Positions 47,481 to 57,278 of a DNA stretch of 64,000 nucleotides are shown in pieces (the stretch's first letter is position 1; each line of letters begins with the position of its first letter). Under the pieces are notes generated by a model that was given only the letters and a program-made list of their open reading frames with translations, was not told where the DNA came from and ran no database searches. This DNA is from Patescibacteria group bacterium (GTDB lineage: Bacteria; Patescibacteriota; Dojkabacteria; JAHIVN01). Where the stretch lies: contig JBDRHZ010000001.1 of the NCBI GenBank assembly GCA_043816305.1, forward strand, positions 839 through 64,838, written 5' to 3'. A program made the translations under genes and the position numbers.

Positions 47481-48458
47481 TTAAGAAATTATTCCTACCT
47501 TCTTCAACACTTTCTGGGTTAACTTCGATAGCCTATACTTCTTCAAGTTATTTGCCGCCACCCATCTCATCTCTTTCGCATCGTCTCCTGCCTGTCCGCC
47601 TCTGGTGGACAGAACTTTTGCTCGATAATGTATAAATATACACCTCCACTTCTTCACAAACCCTTCCTCAAAGAGTATTGGCATCTCCTCTTCATCTATT
47701 CCTATAAATTTCACATCCTCGATCCTTAGCTGCGTCTCCTCGAACACCTCTCTTTTCAACGCTTCCTCCAAACTCTCATTTCCATCTACTCCACCGGAAG
47801 GAGTCTGCCAGCCATCCTCGAGAGTGTTTTTCTTTTTTATTAATAATAATTCATTCTTTGAGTTTGTGATTATGCCATTTACTACTATTCTTCTTTCCAC
47901 AGGCTGATATTTCCCGTACTTCAGAATGAACTTCTCGAATTTATCATCCATATAGCTGCTCTCCTCCTTCAGTCGGTCTCCTACCTCACCAGGTGCCCAG
48001 CTGATAGGCTGATAGTTGATTTTCACAAGCCCGTCAATATATGGGACAACTTGAATATGAAGGTGGCCCACTGTCTTCTGAGCATGACCCAAGGCCCCTT
48101 CTCTATAGATAAACCACAGGTTTTTCTTTTTGAATGCCTTTCGCAGGACCTTTTTGGCTACATACATTACCCCGCGGAGTGCCTCCCACTCTTCATTTGT
48201 GAACTCTTTTACATATTCTATATGCCTGCGTGGAACGATGAGAAGGTGTGCATCAGTATAGGGAAATAAGTTTGAGGTCAAAACGATTCCGTTCTTCTCG
48301 AAAATAACATATCTGTCCTTCAAGTCGCAAAAAACACACTTGTCAACCTTTTTCCAAACGTCATCATACCAGTCCCAGCTTCTGGCTTTTTTCTTCTGCA
48401 AGTCGAAAACATTTGTCTGAGGATTGTAGTATCGTTTTTTTCCCACACTTACAATCAA
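47481..48458 (-). CDS. HIT-family (HxHxQ branch) nucleotidyl transferase/hydrolase fused to NUDIX hydrolase
   Basis: The N-terminal half has CVFCD...HLLIVPRRH...GHLHIQVVPY. The C-terminal half has the Nudix box GGVDGNESLEEALKREVFEETQL. Confidence 0.8.
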   Translation of the reverse strand: MIVSVGKKRYYNPQTNVFDLQKKKARSWDWYDDVWKKVDKCVFCDLKDRYVIFEKNGIVLTSNLFPYTDAHLLIVPRRHIEYVKEFTNEEWEALRGVMYVAKKVLRKAFKKKNLWFIYREGALGHAQKTVGHLHIQVVPYIDGLVKINYQPISWAPGEVGDRLKEESSYMDDKFEKFILKYGKYQPVERRIVVNGIITNSKNELLLIKKKNTLEDGWQTPSGGVDGNESLEEALKREVFEETQLRIEDVKFIGIDEEEMPILFEEGFVKKWRCIFIHYRAKVLSTRGGQAGDDAKEMRWVAANNLKKYRLSKLTQKVLKKVGIIS

Positions 48459-48488
48459 AAATTTAACCTTTGTAGCTAAACAGCCTAC

Positions 48489-48505
48489 AGCAAACAGCTA
48501 AACAA
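48489..48505. repeat. left 17-bp terminal inverted repeat of four-helix-bundle cassette
   Basis: cagcaaacagctaaaca is the exact reverse complement of 48937-48953. Confidence 0.8.
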
Positions 48506-48511
48506 AACTAT

Positions 48512-48865
48512 TTAGTTGTTTTTCCTAAGAACGTATAACATTTTCAGGATCTCTTCTCCTTTATACAACAACCTATTTACAGCCTCATCACCGACTAAAC
48601 CAATTTCCTTGACCAATATTATCATATTTACTGCCTCAAGTGTTGACCCACGGGCAATAGTGTAATAGTAATTCTGGTCTTTAGTTGAAGAGCGACCACT
48701 TCCCTCTGATATGTTATTCGTTATAGATAATCCTGCCCTCACCAACTGCTGAACCAATGTAAATCTGTACTTACTTGGAATATCATCACATAATTTAAAA
48801 ACTTCTTTAACGAATGAATGAGATTTTACCCAGACATTTAGACTTTGGAATCTAAACATACCCAT
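48512..48865 (-). CDS. four-helix-bundle protein (23S rRNA intervening-sequence protein family)
   Basis: 117 aa. NNISEGSGRSSTKDQNYYYTIARGSTLEAVN matches the family core (N-I-x-E-G-x-G-R ... A-x-G-S-x-x-E). Confidence 0.85.
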   Translation of the reverse strand: MGMFRFQSLNVWVKSHSFVKEVFKLCDDIPSKYRFTLVQQLVRAGLSITNNISEGSGRSSTKDQNYYYTIARGSTLEAVNMIILVKEIGLVGDEAVNRLLYKGEEILKMLYVLRKNN

Positions 48866-48936
48866 TAAACTAATATTTAAAATATCGTTTCTGGGATTTC
48901 TGACAATGGGGTAACTTTGTATTTTTACTGCTTAGC

Positions 48937-48953
48937 TGTTTAGCTGTTTGCTG
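48937..48953. repeat. right 17-bp terminal inverted repeat of four-helix-bundle cassette
   Basis: tgtttagctgtttgctg is the exact reverse complement of 48489-48505. Confidence 0.8.
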
Positions 48954-48966
48954 CTCAGCTGTCAAG

Positions 48967-49575
48967 TTAATTCTCTTTTAAGGGTTTCTTCCTCATCTTC
49001 ATGAAATCTTTGAAGATATCACCCATATGAGCACCGACTACTCTTTCGACAATTTTTGTAGTCGATATGTAGGGAGACTGACGTTCAACCAGCTTTACCT
49101 CGCCGCCATATTCCTTCACTGTCATGTACTCCTTCGATTTTTTGAAGTCATCGTTCCACCCCTCACCAACAGTTACAAATACATCCGGCTTTAGAAGACC
49201 CAGGATAGGCTGACAGCTCGGTGTTGGAATGATTGTCACGTAGTCAACTGCTTTCAGATACGTCAGTCCTTCAGCTCGAATAGTTTCATCCATGATAGGC
49301 TTATTTTTGCCTTTAACTTTTCTGATCGATTCGTTGCTGTTTACTCCGACAATAAGCAGATCCCCCTGCTGTTTTGCTTTCACGAGATATCTCATCTGTC
49401 CTACGTGCAAGAGGTCCCAGCTACCGGCTGTAAAAACTATCTTCTTATCCTTATGCTTCTTCCTGAGCTCCAAAAGATCAGTGGTGTCAACATATTTGCC
49501 GTTTAGTCGTTCCTGCGGACTCATGTTTTTATCGCACAAAATAATATTTGAAGAATTTCTCTGCTGCGTTATCAT
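48967..49575 (-). CDS. cytidylyltransferase-like nucleotidyltransferase (RfaE domain II / TagD-like)
   Basis: KIVFTAGSWDLLHVGQMRYL is the (H/T)xGH nucleotidyltransferase motif. It is followed by LIVGVNSNESI. Confidence 0.8.
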   Translation of the reverse strand: MITQQRNSSNIILCDKNMSPQERLNGKYVDTTDLLELRKKHKDKKIVFTAGSWDLLHVGQMRYLVKAKQQGDLLIVGVNSNESIRKVKGKNKPIMDETIRAEGLTYLKAVDYVTIIPTPSCQPILGLLKPDVFVTVGEGWNDDFKKSKEYMTVKEYGGEVKLVERQSPYISTTKIVERVVGAHMGDIFKDFMKMRKKPLKEN

Positions 49576-49634
49576 AATTCATATGCCTTCAAACGTCAAA
49601 TGTTATAAATATACCTGTTAAATAATAGAGCTGC

Positions 49635-49901
49635 TCAAAGATCAATGAGAACATTTTCCTGACTGAAGCCGCAGATAGGACAGTAAAAACTTGCCTCTGA
49701 GTAACGAAGCTCGCTTCCGCAGTCAGGACAAACCGCTTCTCTCAACTTCTCATTTTGGGCAGCCTTGTCTGTACTTGTAGCTTCAATATTGTGCATCTGC
49801 ATTTCAGGTATAGAAATTGTATAGAAAATATCTGAACTTGCTTGAGTTTTTTTGGAAGGATTTTGGACGGGAATTAGAAACGCTCTATGCGACCTTTCCA
49901 C
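49635..49901 (-). CDS. small zinc-ribbon protein ZnR-1 (locus component)
   Basis: The C-terminus CPDCGSELRYSEASFYCPICGFSQE is homologous to ZnR-2 (CPRCEGEIVFAEASFFCPLCGYSQE). It overlaps the stop of the upstream 572-aa gene by 17 nt. An internal ATG at 49802 is an alternative start. Confidence 0.65.
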   Translation of the reverse strand: MERSHRAFLIPVQNPSKKTQASSDIFYTISIPEMQMHNIEATSTDKAAQNEKLREAVCPDCGSELRYSEASFYCPICGFSQENVLIDL

Positions 49902-51591
49902 CCAATACCAACACTTGAGCTTTCGTACCTACCAATCCTAAAAGCACTTCTCTGGCAAAAAGAGGATCATGAAATGAATAATCCTGTATCAGTCTATTTC
50001 TTGTTTCAGCAAAACCATCAGCTACCAGTGCCGAACAAACAACTTGGACTCTAGACTTTGCTTTGACCTCTTTCGTTCCCAGATCCCAAGCAGCACAATT
50101 AACAAGTACTGCTGAATCCTCTAGAACTTCATCTAGAACTAAATTTATCAATCTAAGAGAGTCCGCATCAATACTATGCCTTCCACGAATTTCTTTACGT
50201 TCCCGATCTCTCGTATTCCGCTTCTTAGGAATGGAGGTCGGCATATCGAGAATAATCACTTTATTGCCACTTCTTCCTAATGCGTTAAAAAATGTTGAAG
50301 CCAAGTATCTGTGTATAAGAAATCTAACAGTATTAGCTAACCTAGAAGGGATCCTCACATCCGGATCATGTTCAAGTGCTTGCCTTAAATTTTGATATTC
50401 ACCTTCTAGGAGGATATCATTAAGATAAACTCTTGCAATTACAGACGCAAGACAAGCTATTCCTGCAGTATCGGTTAACCAAATCTTCTGTCTACTATTA
50501 TCAACCTCAATCTTATCCTTATACCTCGTATAAAGATGCTCGACTGATCCTGCTCTAAGTTCCATATATATTCTAAATGCCTTCTTTGCACATACCAAAC
50601 ACTCCTCTTCCGTTAACCCGGGAACACCTTCTTCATAGATCTTCACCACTTCGGCCCAAAAATCCCTTTCCTGAGCTAGCTCACCACTCAATATATCTGC
50701 TCCCTCATCAACAAGTACCTCTATCCCTAAGGTTTCATACACATATCTCAAATAATCAATAACTGTACTTTTCCCACTTCTTGGACCAGGACTTGAGAAA
50801 CTTATAAGTACGTTTCGAGCATTTTGTTGTCTCAGAACTTGATCGGGACGTGCTGACCCCAGAAGGTCATCAGGTCGAACAAAAAATTTAGCTGTTGCTA
50901 CTTCCATAAAATTTCCAGCCCCCCTTCCTTCTACATAAAATCCCGTATCAAAAAAAATACTCTGAACAAAGTTTGCCCTATAAGAAACCTTCCAAGCATC
51001 GGTAAATATACTCAATTTTGCTCCAATCTCTCCTGATTGATACCTAGCCTCAGACCATTCTGATATAAAACTTGCTTCTCGACTCAAACAATCTAGGAAC
51101 TTATTCACTTGATTAAGAAATGTTATATCTGCATTTGATGCAAACGCTTGCATCACAAGCTCTCTAGATATCTGAAGAGCATATCCCAAAGCTGAAACAG
51201 CGCCAAGTCCTACTAAGGGGTTAACCAGAACCTCAGTCATATCACTTGCTGTATCCATAAGATTAAGAGCACATGCCTGAAAACCTTCATAATCTAAATT
51301 TCCTTCAAATAACCTTCCTAAAATATATAAGTAATAGTTGAGACATGCCTCTACTTTTCCGTAAAGATACTCTGACCCTTCAACAGAGGATCTAAGATGA
51401 TCAACTATAGGTCGCCAACCTCTCTCGTAGTTGATATGAGCAATCGCGGCCAAATACCCCATTATTTCTCCAGGATCCAATTCTCCAGGATAAACACAAA
51501 GGGCCAAGTTCCCTCTTGAGGTCATATATGCCTCTGCTGTCACACCACCAAATGGAATACCAAATTTTATAAAGCCAGTATCTTCTTCCAT
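49885..51591 (-). CDS. P-loop kinase-like protein, paralog A (~568 aa)
   Basis: The Walker A motif SSPGPRSGKST is followed about 180 aa later by VIILDMPTSIPKKRNTRDRERKEIRGR. This is the hhhhDxP plus Arg-rich lid pattern of NMP/dN-kinase-fold proteins. The N-terminal block LVGLGAVSALGYALQISRELV is shared with paralogs B and C. The first ATG is at 51591. Confidence 0.7.
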   Translation of the reverse strand: MEEDTGFIKFGIPFGGVTAEAYMTSRGNLALCVYPGELDPGEIMGYLAAIAHINYERGWRPIVDHLRSSVEGSEYLYGKVEACLNYYLYILGRLFEGNLDYEGFQACALNLMDTASDMTEVLVNPLVGLGAVSALGYALQISRELVMQAFASNADITFLNQVNKFLDCLSREASFISEWSEARYQSGEIGAKLSIFTDAWKVSYRANFVQSIFFDTGFYVEGRGAGNFMEVATAKFFVRPDDLLGSARPDQVLRQQNARNVLISFSSPGPRSGKSTVIDYLRYVYETLGIEVLVDEGADILSGELAQERDFWAEVVKIYEEGVPGLTEEECLVCAKKAFRIYMELRAGSVEHLYTRYKDKIEVDNSRQKIWLTDTAGIACLASVIARVYLNDILLEGEYQNLRQALEHDPDVRIPSRLANTVRFLIHRYLASTFFNALGRSGNKVIILDMPTSIPKKRNTRDRERKEIRGRHSIDADSLRLINLVLDEVLEDSAVLVNCAAWDLGTKEVKAKSRVQVVCSALVADGFAETRNRLIQDYSFHDPLFAREVLLGLVGTKAQVLVLGGKVA

Positions 51592-51719
51592 GTGAATTCC
51601 CAAGAATAACCTTACAAATCGAGACAGATTATAGGCAATTATATCACAAGGTCATTTCTCAAATAAGCTCTAGCCTCTCAATGATTGAAATGTTGTCGTA
51701 ATTATGTTATAGGACTACT

Positions 51720-52931
51720 ATGAATAACGATTTCTATTCAAAATTCTTCCCTGGAATCGCTTGGAGGAAATATACCAAAAAAATTTGTACGCTTCTTACA
51801 AAGGAAACAGTTCTCATAACTGCCTTACCAGATGCAGGGATCTCATTTTTTCTTAAAAACGTAGAAGAATATTATAAAAATAGAGATATGGATAAGAACT
51901 TGTTAATCACACTTGAGATTCTTCCTGGACAGGAAGAAATATTCCACCTTGCTCAGCTAATTAAGGAACAGATCAACATTTTGCTAAGCTTCCCTTTAAA
52001 TATTGCTGATCTCAGTTGTACAGATACGGTAAAGAAGCTTGTACAAGAAAAGAAAGAGCTCGTGATAATCATAAATCGGTTTGAGAGACTACAAGGGAAA
52101 AAAGAAGCCCAAGCCTTTCTAAACTCCCTTCGTGCAATCAATCCAGCAAAGGTAAGATTCTTGATCAGCTGCTACATTACTTGCCAAACCCAGCCACAAG
52201 ACTACAAGGCGGCAGGTATGCTGACAACTGCGAATGTGGAATTTTTACCAACATTTAAACAACAAGAAATTTCCCTATTACTGGATGTTTATAAGAAAGT
52301 ATATGGCTGGGATGTCCAAGAAGAGCTCTCTAATGATATCTACAAGCTAAGTGGCGGATTCCCTGGGATAGCCAAGTATATTGCTAAATTTGCAAGTGAT
52401 AACAAATTAAGCAAAATTTCTACTAAAAAGCTTTTGTCTCAGCCTTCAATTGCCTTTAAATTAGAAAACCTGTTACAAACACTGGAAGCAATCGGCCTCA
52501 TGAAAGCCGGAGAGGTGGATTTTAGTAAGAAAGATCTCCTACAAAAACTAGGTTTAGTTGACACAAACGATCTGCCTAAAATAGGAATTCTCCCTAAGTA
52601 CAAGCCTGATAAAATCAAATCAGTTAATCTCGCAAAACACCTTTCAGCTCAAGAATTCGAGCTTTTGAGACTTTTCGCAAATAACAATGAAGAAATTATT
52701 ACTCTTGATCAAGTCGCTGATGCAATCTGGAAAGAACACTCAACACAAAAATTTTCCCTCTGGTCAATCTACAAAGTGATTTCAAATCTCAACAAGAAGA
52801 TAAAAAGATACGGTCTCGAAATCGAGAACTTCAAAGGTAGAGGTTATGCCCTGACTACAGATCCAAACCTTGATCCAGCTCAAGCCAAAAGTCTTCTTGA
52901 GAGTATCCGCACAGAGGGCAAAAAAAACTAG
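51720..52931 (+). CDS. regulator: degenerate P-loop/STAND-like N-domain + C-terminal OmpR/PhoB-type winged HTH (paralog 1)
   Basis: The C-terminus LSAQEFELLRLFANNNEEIITLDQVADAIW...SIYKVISNLNKKIKRYGLEIENFKGRGYAL is a trans_reg_C pattern. The N-terminus has VLITALPDAGISF (Walker-A-like without the Lys) and LVIIINRFE. It is divergent from paralog A. Confidence 0.75.
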   Translation: MNNDFYSKFFPGIAWRKYTKKICTLLTKETVLITALPDAGISFFLKNVEEYYKNRDMDKNLLITLEILPGQEEIFHLAQLIKEQINILLSFPLNIADLSCTDTVKKLVQEKKELVIIINRFERLQGKKEAQAFLNSLRAINPAKVRFLISCYITCQTQPQDYKAAGMLTTANVEFLPTFKQQEISLLLDVYKKVYGWDVQEELSNDIYKLSGGFPGIAKYIAKFASDNKLSKISTKKLLSQPSIAFKLENLLQTLEAIGLMKAGEVDFSKKDLLQKLGLVDTNDLPKIGILPKYKPDKIKSVNLAKHLSAQEFELLRLFANNNEEIITLDQVADAIWKEHSTQKFSLWSIYKVISNLNKKIKRYGLEIENFKGRGYALTTDPNLDPAQAKSLLESIRTEGKKN

Positions 52932-53040
52932 CCTCTGCAAATACTATCTCTCCTTCACACCTGGGGCATAAACCTCTATAGCTGTCAATAACTGTTTTGT
53001 ACTTACAACTATTATTTGTTCTGATAGAGGTGTTGAACAT
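52855..53040 (-). CDS. small zinc-ribbon protein ZnR-2 (locus component)
   Basis: 61 aa with CPRCEGEIVFAEASFFCPLCGYSQE. It lies 87 nt downstream of paralog B. Its 3' end overlaps the convergent regulator gene by 77 nt. Confidence 0.65.
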   Translation of the reverse strand: MFNTSIRTNNSCKYKTVIDSYRGLCPRCEGEIVFAEASFFCPLCGYSQEDFWLELDQGLDL

Positions 53041-53127
53041 AAATTCGAAGATATGATAACAAGGAGAAACTTTGAATGCTTGAAGCTCGCTGATAGAAAT
53101 TGGATCAAAGTCTGACCAAGCAATTGT

Positions 53128-55044
53128 TTAGCCTCTAACTTTTTCAAATTGAAAAAACATTTGTTTGACTTTTTGTTCGAGTCGTCCAGTCGTTTCGTCT
53201 TGTAACCAAGCTATCTTGTTTAAAAGAAAATCATATTTTGCTGCTATAATTCCTAAATGCTCAATCAAATACTGGGCTTCTCTTCTCACTTCAGATGGGA
53301 AAATATCAGGATCAACTCTCCAAGGATCTTCATTATCCCAACGATATGCAATACCAATAGAGCTTTGCACCAAAGCTCTATAAGTATTTATCAATATCTG
53401 AATCGGATGAGCTTGTATTAGATTTATAGGCATCCAGTCACAAACCTGAACAGCATCTTCTTGTCTTAGCCTGGCCAGTCTTCGAACTAAAGAGTTATCG
53501 CCAGCAAATTTTAAAAAAGGATTCTGTAGAATTCCGTCATCTGCCTGATATGTACATGGAACCCTAATAAGAGTCCCTGGAAGCATTTTTGACATACCCA
53601 ATGTGACAAATCGGATCCGATTCAAGATGTTTCCAATAGTATAAGGTAACCTTGCCTGTTTTCTCGGTTCGTGATCATCAGTTTCAATTCTATGAGTAGC
53701 TAATAAAGGAGGAACATCGAACCAAATGACCTTTAATGGTGAGATAAGTTCTGCAAGAAGATGTAACTGTCCAGATTGCAGTATTATACTCATCAACGGT
53801 TCAAGTATATCTCTTCCTAAGTCGGAGACCGAGCACTCCATTTCCAGCCTACGCATAAGATCATACGACGATGCCATTCTTAGTTGACTGTATCCAAGCT
53901 CCGCCATTTGCTGATCATAAAATTCCTGCATACGAAAAAGTAAATCTATATCATGCCCTAGCATAAATACAATATAATTTATAGCGGAGGCCGTTATTCC
54001 AGAATCATAAAATCTCGCTGTTCTATTCTCGTCTTCCCATGACAAATCTATCATAAGCTTTTCCAGATCTTGTCCTATCTGTAAGGCCCTGGCCTGCATT
54101 TTTAAAACTACATCCTGTACCTGTCCACGCCTACGTAGATTTTCTACAATTGGGTGACTTCTTCCAATCCAGTCCTCTCCTGTATACCTACTTCTCACCT
54201 CATTTCTTACTGAATAAAAAGGAGTTCCTAGCTCATCATTTGTTGCAGAAGGATGGCCAAGCAAAGCTTCTACCTGACCTATCAGAGCTTTCATGAGTGT
54301 CTTGCCAACAGCCGGAAGACCTGTTGATTCTAAAAAGCTATTTGCTGGGAGAGCGAGCGCATACTCAAATCCCCCTCTTTCACGTATTATTCTATCTTGA
54401 ACTACTTCGAAACCACGACTTGCGCATAACCTATGCTCCGGTCTTCTTTCATGATCGTACCTGCTCCATGACCAGATCCAAACATTCCTAAAATTGTACC
54501 TAAACTTCCCTTGTACTTCTTTAGAATCATCAAACGCAGATTTTTCTAGGAATTCTGATTCTTTCTCGATGAGACTCCATAACTGCTTATGTAAAACTAC
54601 AGCTTCGGGACTAAGACTGTTCACTAGCTCCTCAAAAACTATCTGCCGCGCTTCATAAAGTGCTATGCCAAGCAGATACTCAGATACCCAAGATGGAGAT
54701 ACCTGAAGCAACGGGAAATTCTCCAATGCACTTCCTAGTAACTTCATGATATTGAAATCCCTACGATCAGCCTCAGCCATTCCCCTTCCCAAATAATTCA
54801 TCCACATACCTACTAAACGTGCTAACATTTCCCTGCAGACGGGGACCTCATGGAACACAGTAAACAGTTCTTTAAACCCCATTTCATCAACACAGTCTAC
54901 ACTAAAGGGCGGATTTATTCCGTCATAACTCTGATCCAGTTGGTTTTGAAGAAAACCCCCGAACCTCACCTCAACCCTATCACCATCACAAGTGACAGAT
55001 ACGTCTCCTAAACAAAATCCACTTTGTGTCTCATATTCTGCCAT
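53128..55044 (-). CDS. P-loop kinase-like protein, paralog B (638 aa)
   Basis: Contains the Walker A motif TGLPAVGKTLM, the later motif VIWFDVPPLLATHRIE, and the N-terminal block VSEYLLGIALYEARQIV. Confidence 0.7.
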   Translation of the reverse strand: MAEYETQSGFCLGDVSVTCDGDRVEVRFGGFLQNQLDQSYDGINPPFSVDCVDEMGFKELFTVFHEVPVCREMLARLVGMWMNYLGRGMAEADRRDFNIMKLLGSALENFPLLQVSPSWVSEYLLGIALYEARQIVFEELVNSLSPEAVVLHKQLWSLIEKESEFLEKSAFDDSKEVQGKFRYNFRNVWIWSWSRYDHERRPEHRLCASRGFEVVQDRIIRERGGFEYALALPANSFLESTGLPAVGKTLMKALIGQVEALLGHPSATNDELGTPFYSVRNEVRSRYTGEDWIGRSHPIVENLRRRGQVQDVVLKMQARALQIGQDLEKLMIDLSWEDENRTARFYDSGITASAINYIVFMLGHDIDLLFRMQEFYDQQMAELGYSQLRMASSYDLMRRLEMECSVSDLGRDILEPLMSIILQSGQLHLLAELISPLKVIWFDVPPLLATHRIETDDHEPRKQARLPYTIGNILNRIRFVTLGMSKMLPGTLIRVPCTYQADDGILQNPFLKFAGDNSLVRRLARLRQEDAVQVCDWMPINLIQAHPIQILINTYRALVQSSIGIAYRWDNEDPWRVDPDIFPSEVRREAQYLIEHLGIIAAKYDFLLNKIAWLQDETTGRLEQKVKQMFFQFEKVRG

Positions 55045-55100
55045 TTTTTGGACTACAAATTATTTCTGAATCCCAGATTAATTATCTGTGTTTTTACACC

Positions 55101-57146
55101 TCAAGGTCTAGAAAGCTCTCTTATCTCGACATGTAATTTTTCGGTCTTTAAACGCTCAACCCCGAAACCTGCAAGAAAACCAGGATCTCGAACTAGCAGA
55201 TCCAATCCATCTACAAGTTGTTTTACTCCAGTATGCAAAGCAGATAAGTCGTCGCTAGGAAATGCCCGTCTACTTTCCAAATACATACTCTCCAGAACAT
55301 GCTCCGCTCTATATGCTAGTCTCTCGGCCTTTTCTCCTTTTTCAACCAGCCAGGCCAACTTTAATGGACTCAAAACAAATAACCCATTTTGAAATTCCTC
55401 TGTTGATTGAACAACTGTCCATCCAAACTCCTCAGCAAGAACTAGATGAACAAGCCGCATAAAAGGCAGATACTTCAGCAAGGCTTCTCTGCTGTTATTA
55501 TTTACATCGTCGGGATCTTGTTCCTTCTGAGTCCTAAAACGTCTAATGGACTCTATAACTGGGGTATCTAAGCATACTGTAGGGATACCTTCACCTATAA
55601 GTCTGTACCAATCGGACGGATATCCACTTGCTATCACAGCCAAAATGTGCCACTTCACATCCTGTGGGACTTTTAATCTAGAGTTAAAAACAAGTTCCCT
55701 CATCAAAGGATTTCTTGAATATTCATTAAGATCTGCTAGTTCTACTGGCCAGTCAGCTGGAACGCCCCCATCGAAATCGAAAGGTATATCCTCCATAAAT
55801 GCTAGAATTTCACGGAATCTTTCTACAATAAACTGATTCATCAGAGCTACCTCACGATACCCTTGAAAAAGCGCAAGAACATTTCTCCCCTCGCTATTCC
55901 AAACAGTTGCATTCTTGATTGTTCTCCAAGCTGCTAGACAAGCATTTCGAGTATAATTTAAGAATGCTTCCCATACATCATTAAATCGGGTCTCCTGAAT
56001 AGGAGCCCTAGTCGCTCTTAGTCCTTCTTCGCCTAAACCCGTTGTATCTGGATAGGCACTTCGTCCCACACGACTCAACAATGGAAATTCTTCTTCAAGC
56101 CTTAATAGTTCGTCTCGACAAAGCTTCTTTGCAGTGACTTGTTCATCGGATTTGGGTCCCCATATATCTGCTACAACGCCCGGATTCCCTCCGAGAACTG
56201 ATCTAAGCAAAGCATATGCTGCCATTAAAGTACTTTTGCCAGTTGCTGGTGGACCTGTTATATTCAGGACTTCTTGTATACCTGCTTCCCTGAGAGTAAG
56301 TATCCAGAATGTTCTAGCACTTTCTATCTCCCATCTCAGTTTATAGTACTCTATACAGCGTCTCTGATCATGCTGATACAACCTTGGCTGAGTAAATCTT
56401 TTTTCAGTAAGAACCCTACCCCAAAGTACTGCCCTTGAAAAATAAATACCGTTTGAGAGGACCTCATCGTCCAGCTCATCCAGCTCCATCAGCTGCACCT
56501 CCAGAAATGCTCTTTCCCTACTCACATAGACACTATCCGCTTCAACCATTTGTATTTTCTTCTCTACAGATTGTCTTGCTTCTCTTATTGCAATTCCGAC
56601 TAACAAATCACCTATCCATTCCATCTCTTCCCCCAGCTCTATCCTTGGCATATCACTTGTTAATTTCATAAGACTAGTCCTATATCCTTGTCTACCTAAA
56701 CTGCCAAGTTCTGCCTCCTCGATTAAGTACTCATAATGCTGCTCTATCACCTCTCTGAATTTTTCTATTATCAACGCAGTCGGTGTCAATTCTAAGAAAC
56801 CATCAACTAAAAAGAATAATCTCTCCGGTATCCTTCTTGGACAAACTTTTCTATCGGCTACAGGAATCCCCTCGTCAGCACCAAAACCCCAATTATCGAA
56901 AGCGTTTGGATTTAAAGGATCTCCATTTGGAGCTGGTATCAACTTTCCAATTCTATACGTCTGTCCATCAAAAGAAACAAGAAAATGGATACTATCCCTA
57001 GAACCCGAAGTCCATCCAGACTCAAGAGCACAAGAGAATCCAAATGGTTGCGATAGCATGGATTCATCGATTTCTACACCACGTGCTACTCCATTTCTGA
57101 AAGCAAAGCCTCCTCTATTTGGTATCCCTTCGGGAAACAGCTCCAT
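55101..57146 (-). CDS. P-loop kinase-like protein, paralog C (681 aa)
   Basis: Contains the Walker A motif ITGPPATGKSTLM, the later motif TVCLDTPVIESIRRFRTQ, and the N-terminal block IGDLLVGIAIREARQSV. Confidence 0.7.
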   Translation of the reverse strand: MELFPEGIPNRGGFAFRNGVARGVEIDESMLSQPFGFSCALESGWTSGSRDSIHFLVSFDGQTYRIGKLIPAPNGDPLNPNAFDNWGFGADEGIPVADRKVCPRRIPERLFFLVDGFLELTPTALIIEKFREVIEQHYEYLIEEAELGSLGRQGYRTSLMKLTSDMPRIELGEEMEWIGDLLVGIAIREARQSVEKKIQMVEADSVYVSRERAFLEVQLMELDELDDEVLSNGIYFSRAVLWGRVLTEKRFTQPRLYQHDQRRCIEYYKLRWEIESARTFWILTLREAGIQEVLNITGPPATGKSTLMAAYALLRSVLGGNPGVVADIWGPKSDEQVTAKKLCRDELLRLEEEFPLLSRVGRSAYPDTTGLGEEGLRATRAPIQETRFNDVWEAFLNYTRNACLAAWRTIKNATVWNSEGRNVLALFQGYREVALMNQFIVERFREILAFMEDIPFDFDGGVPADWPVELADLNEYSRNPLMRELVFNSRLKVPQDVKWHILAVIASGYPSDWYRLIGEGIPTVCLDTPVIESIRRFRTQKEQDPDDVNNNSREALLKYLPFMRLVHLVLAEEFGWTVVQSTEEFQNGLFVLSPLKLAWLVEKGEKAERLAYRAEHVLESMYLESRRAFPSDDLSALHTGVKQLVDGLDLLVRDPGFLAGFGVERLKTEKLHVEIRELSRP

Positions 57147-57278
57147 AAAAATTCCAGCTTAAAGTTAGCTGGGCAGCTAAGCATATTCTATCAGATATAC
57201 ACTACCACTTAAAGTATTATGGGCTACTCCTCACCGGAGATTTATTGTATAATCGAATACAATCAGAAAAGAGTAAGC

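Noticed and set aside
52944-53147. 67-aa minus-strand ORF between paralog B and ZnR-2
   Set aside because: It overlaps both the ZnR-2 ORF and the end of paralog B in another frame, and it has no motif. ZnR-2 is supported by homology to ZnR-1.
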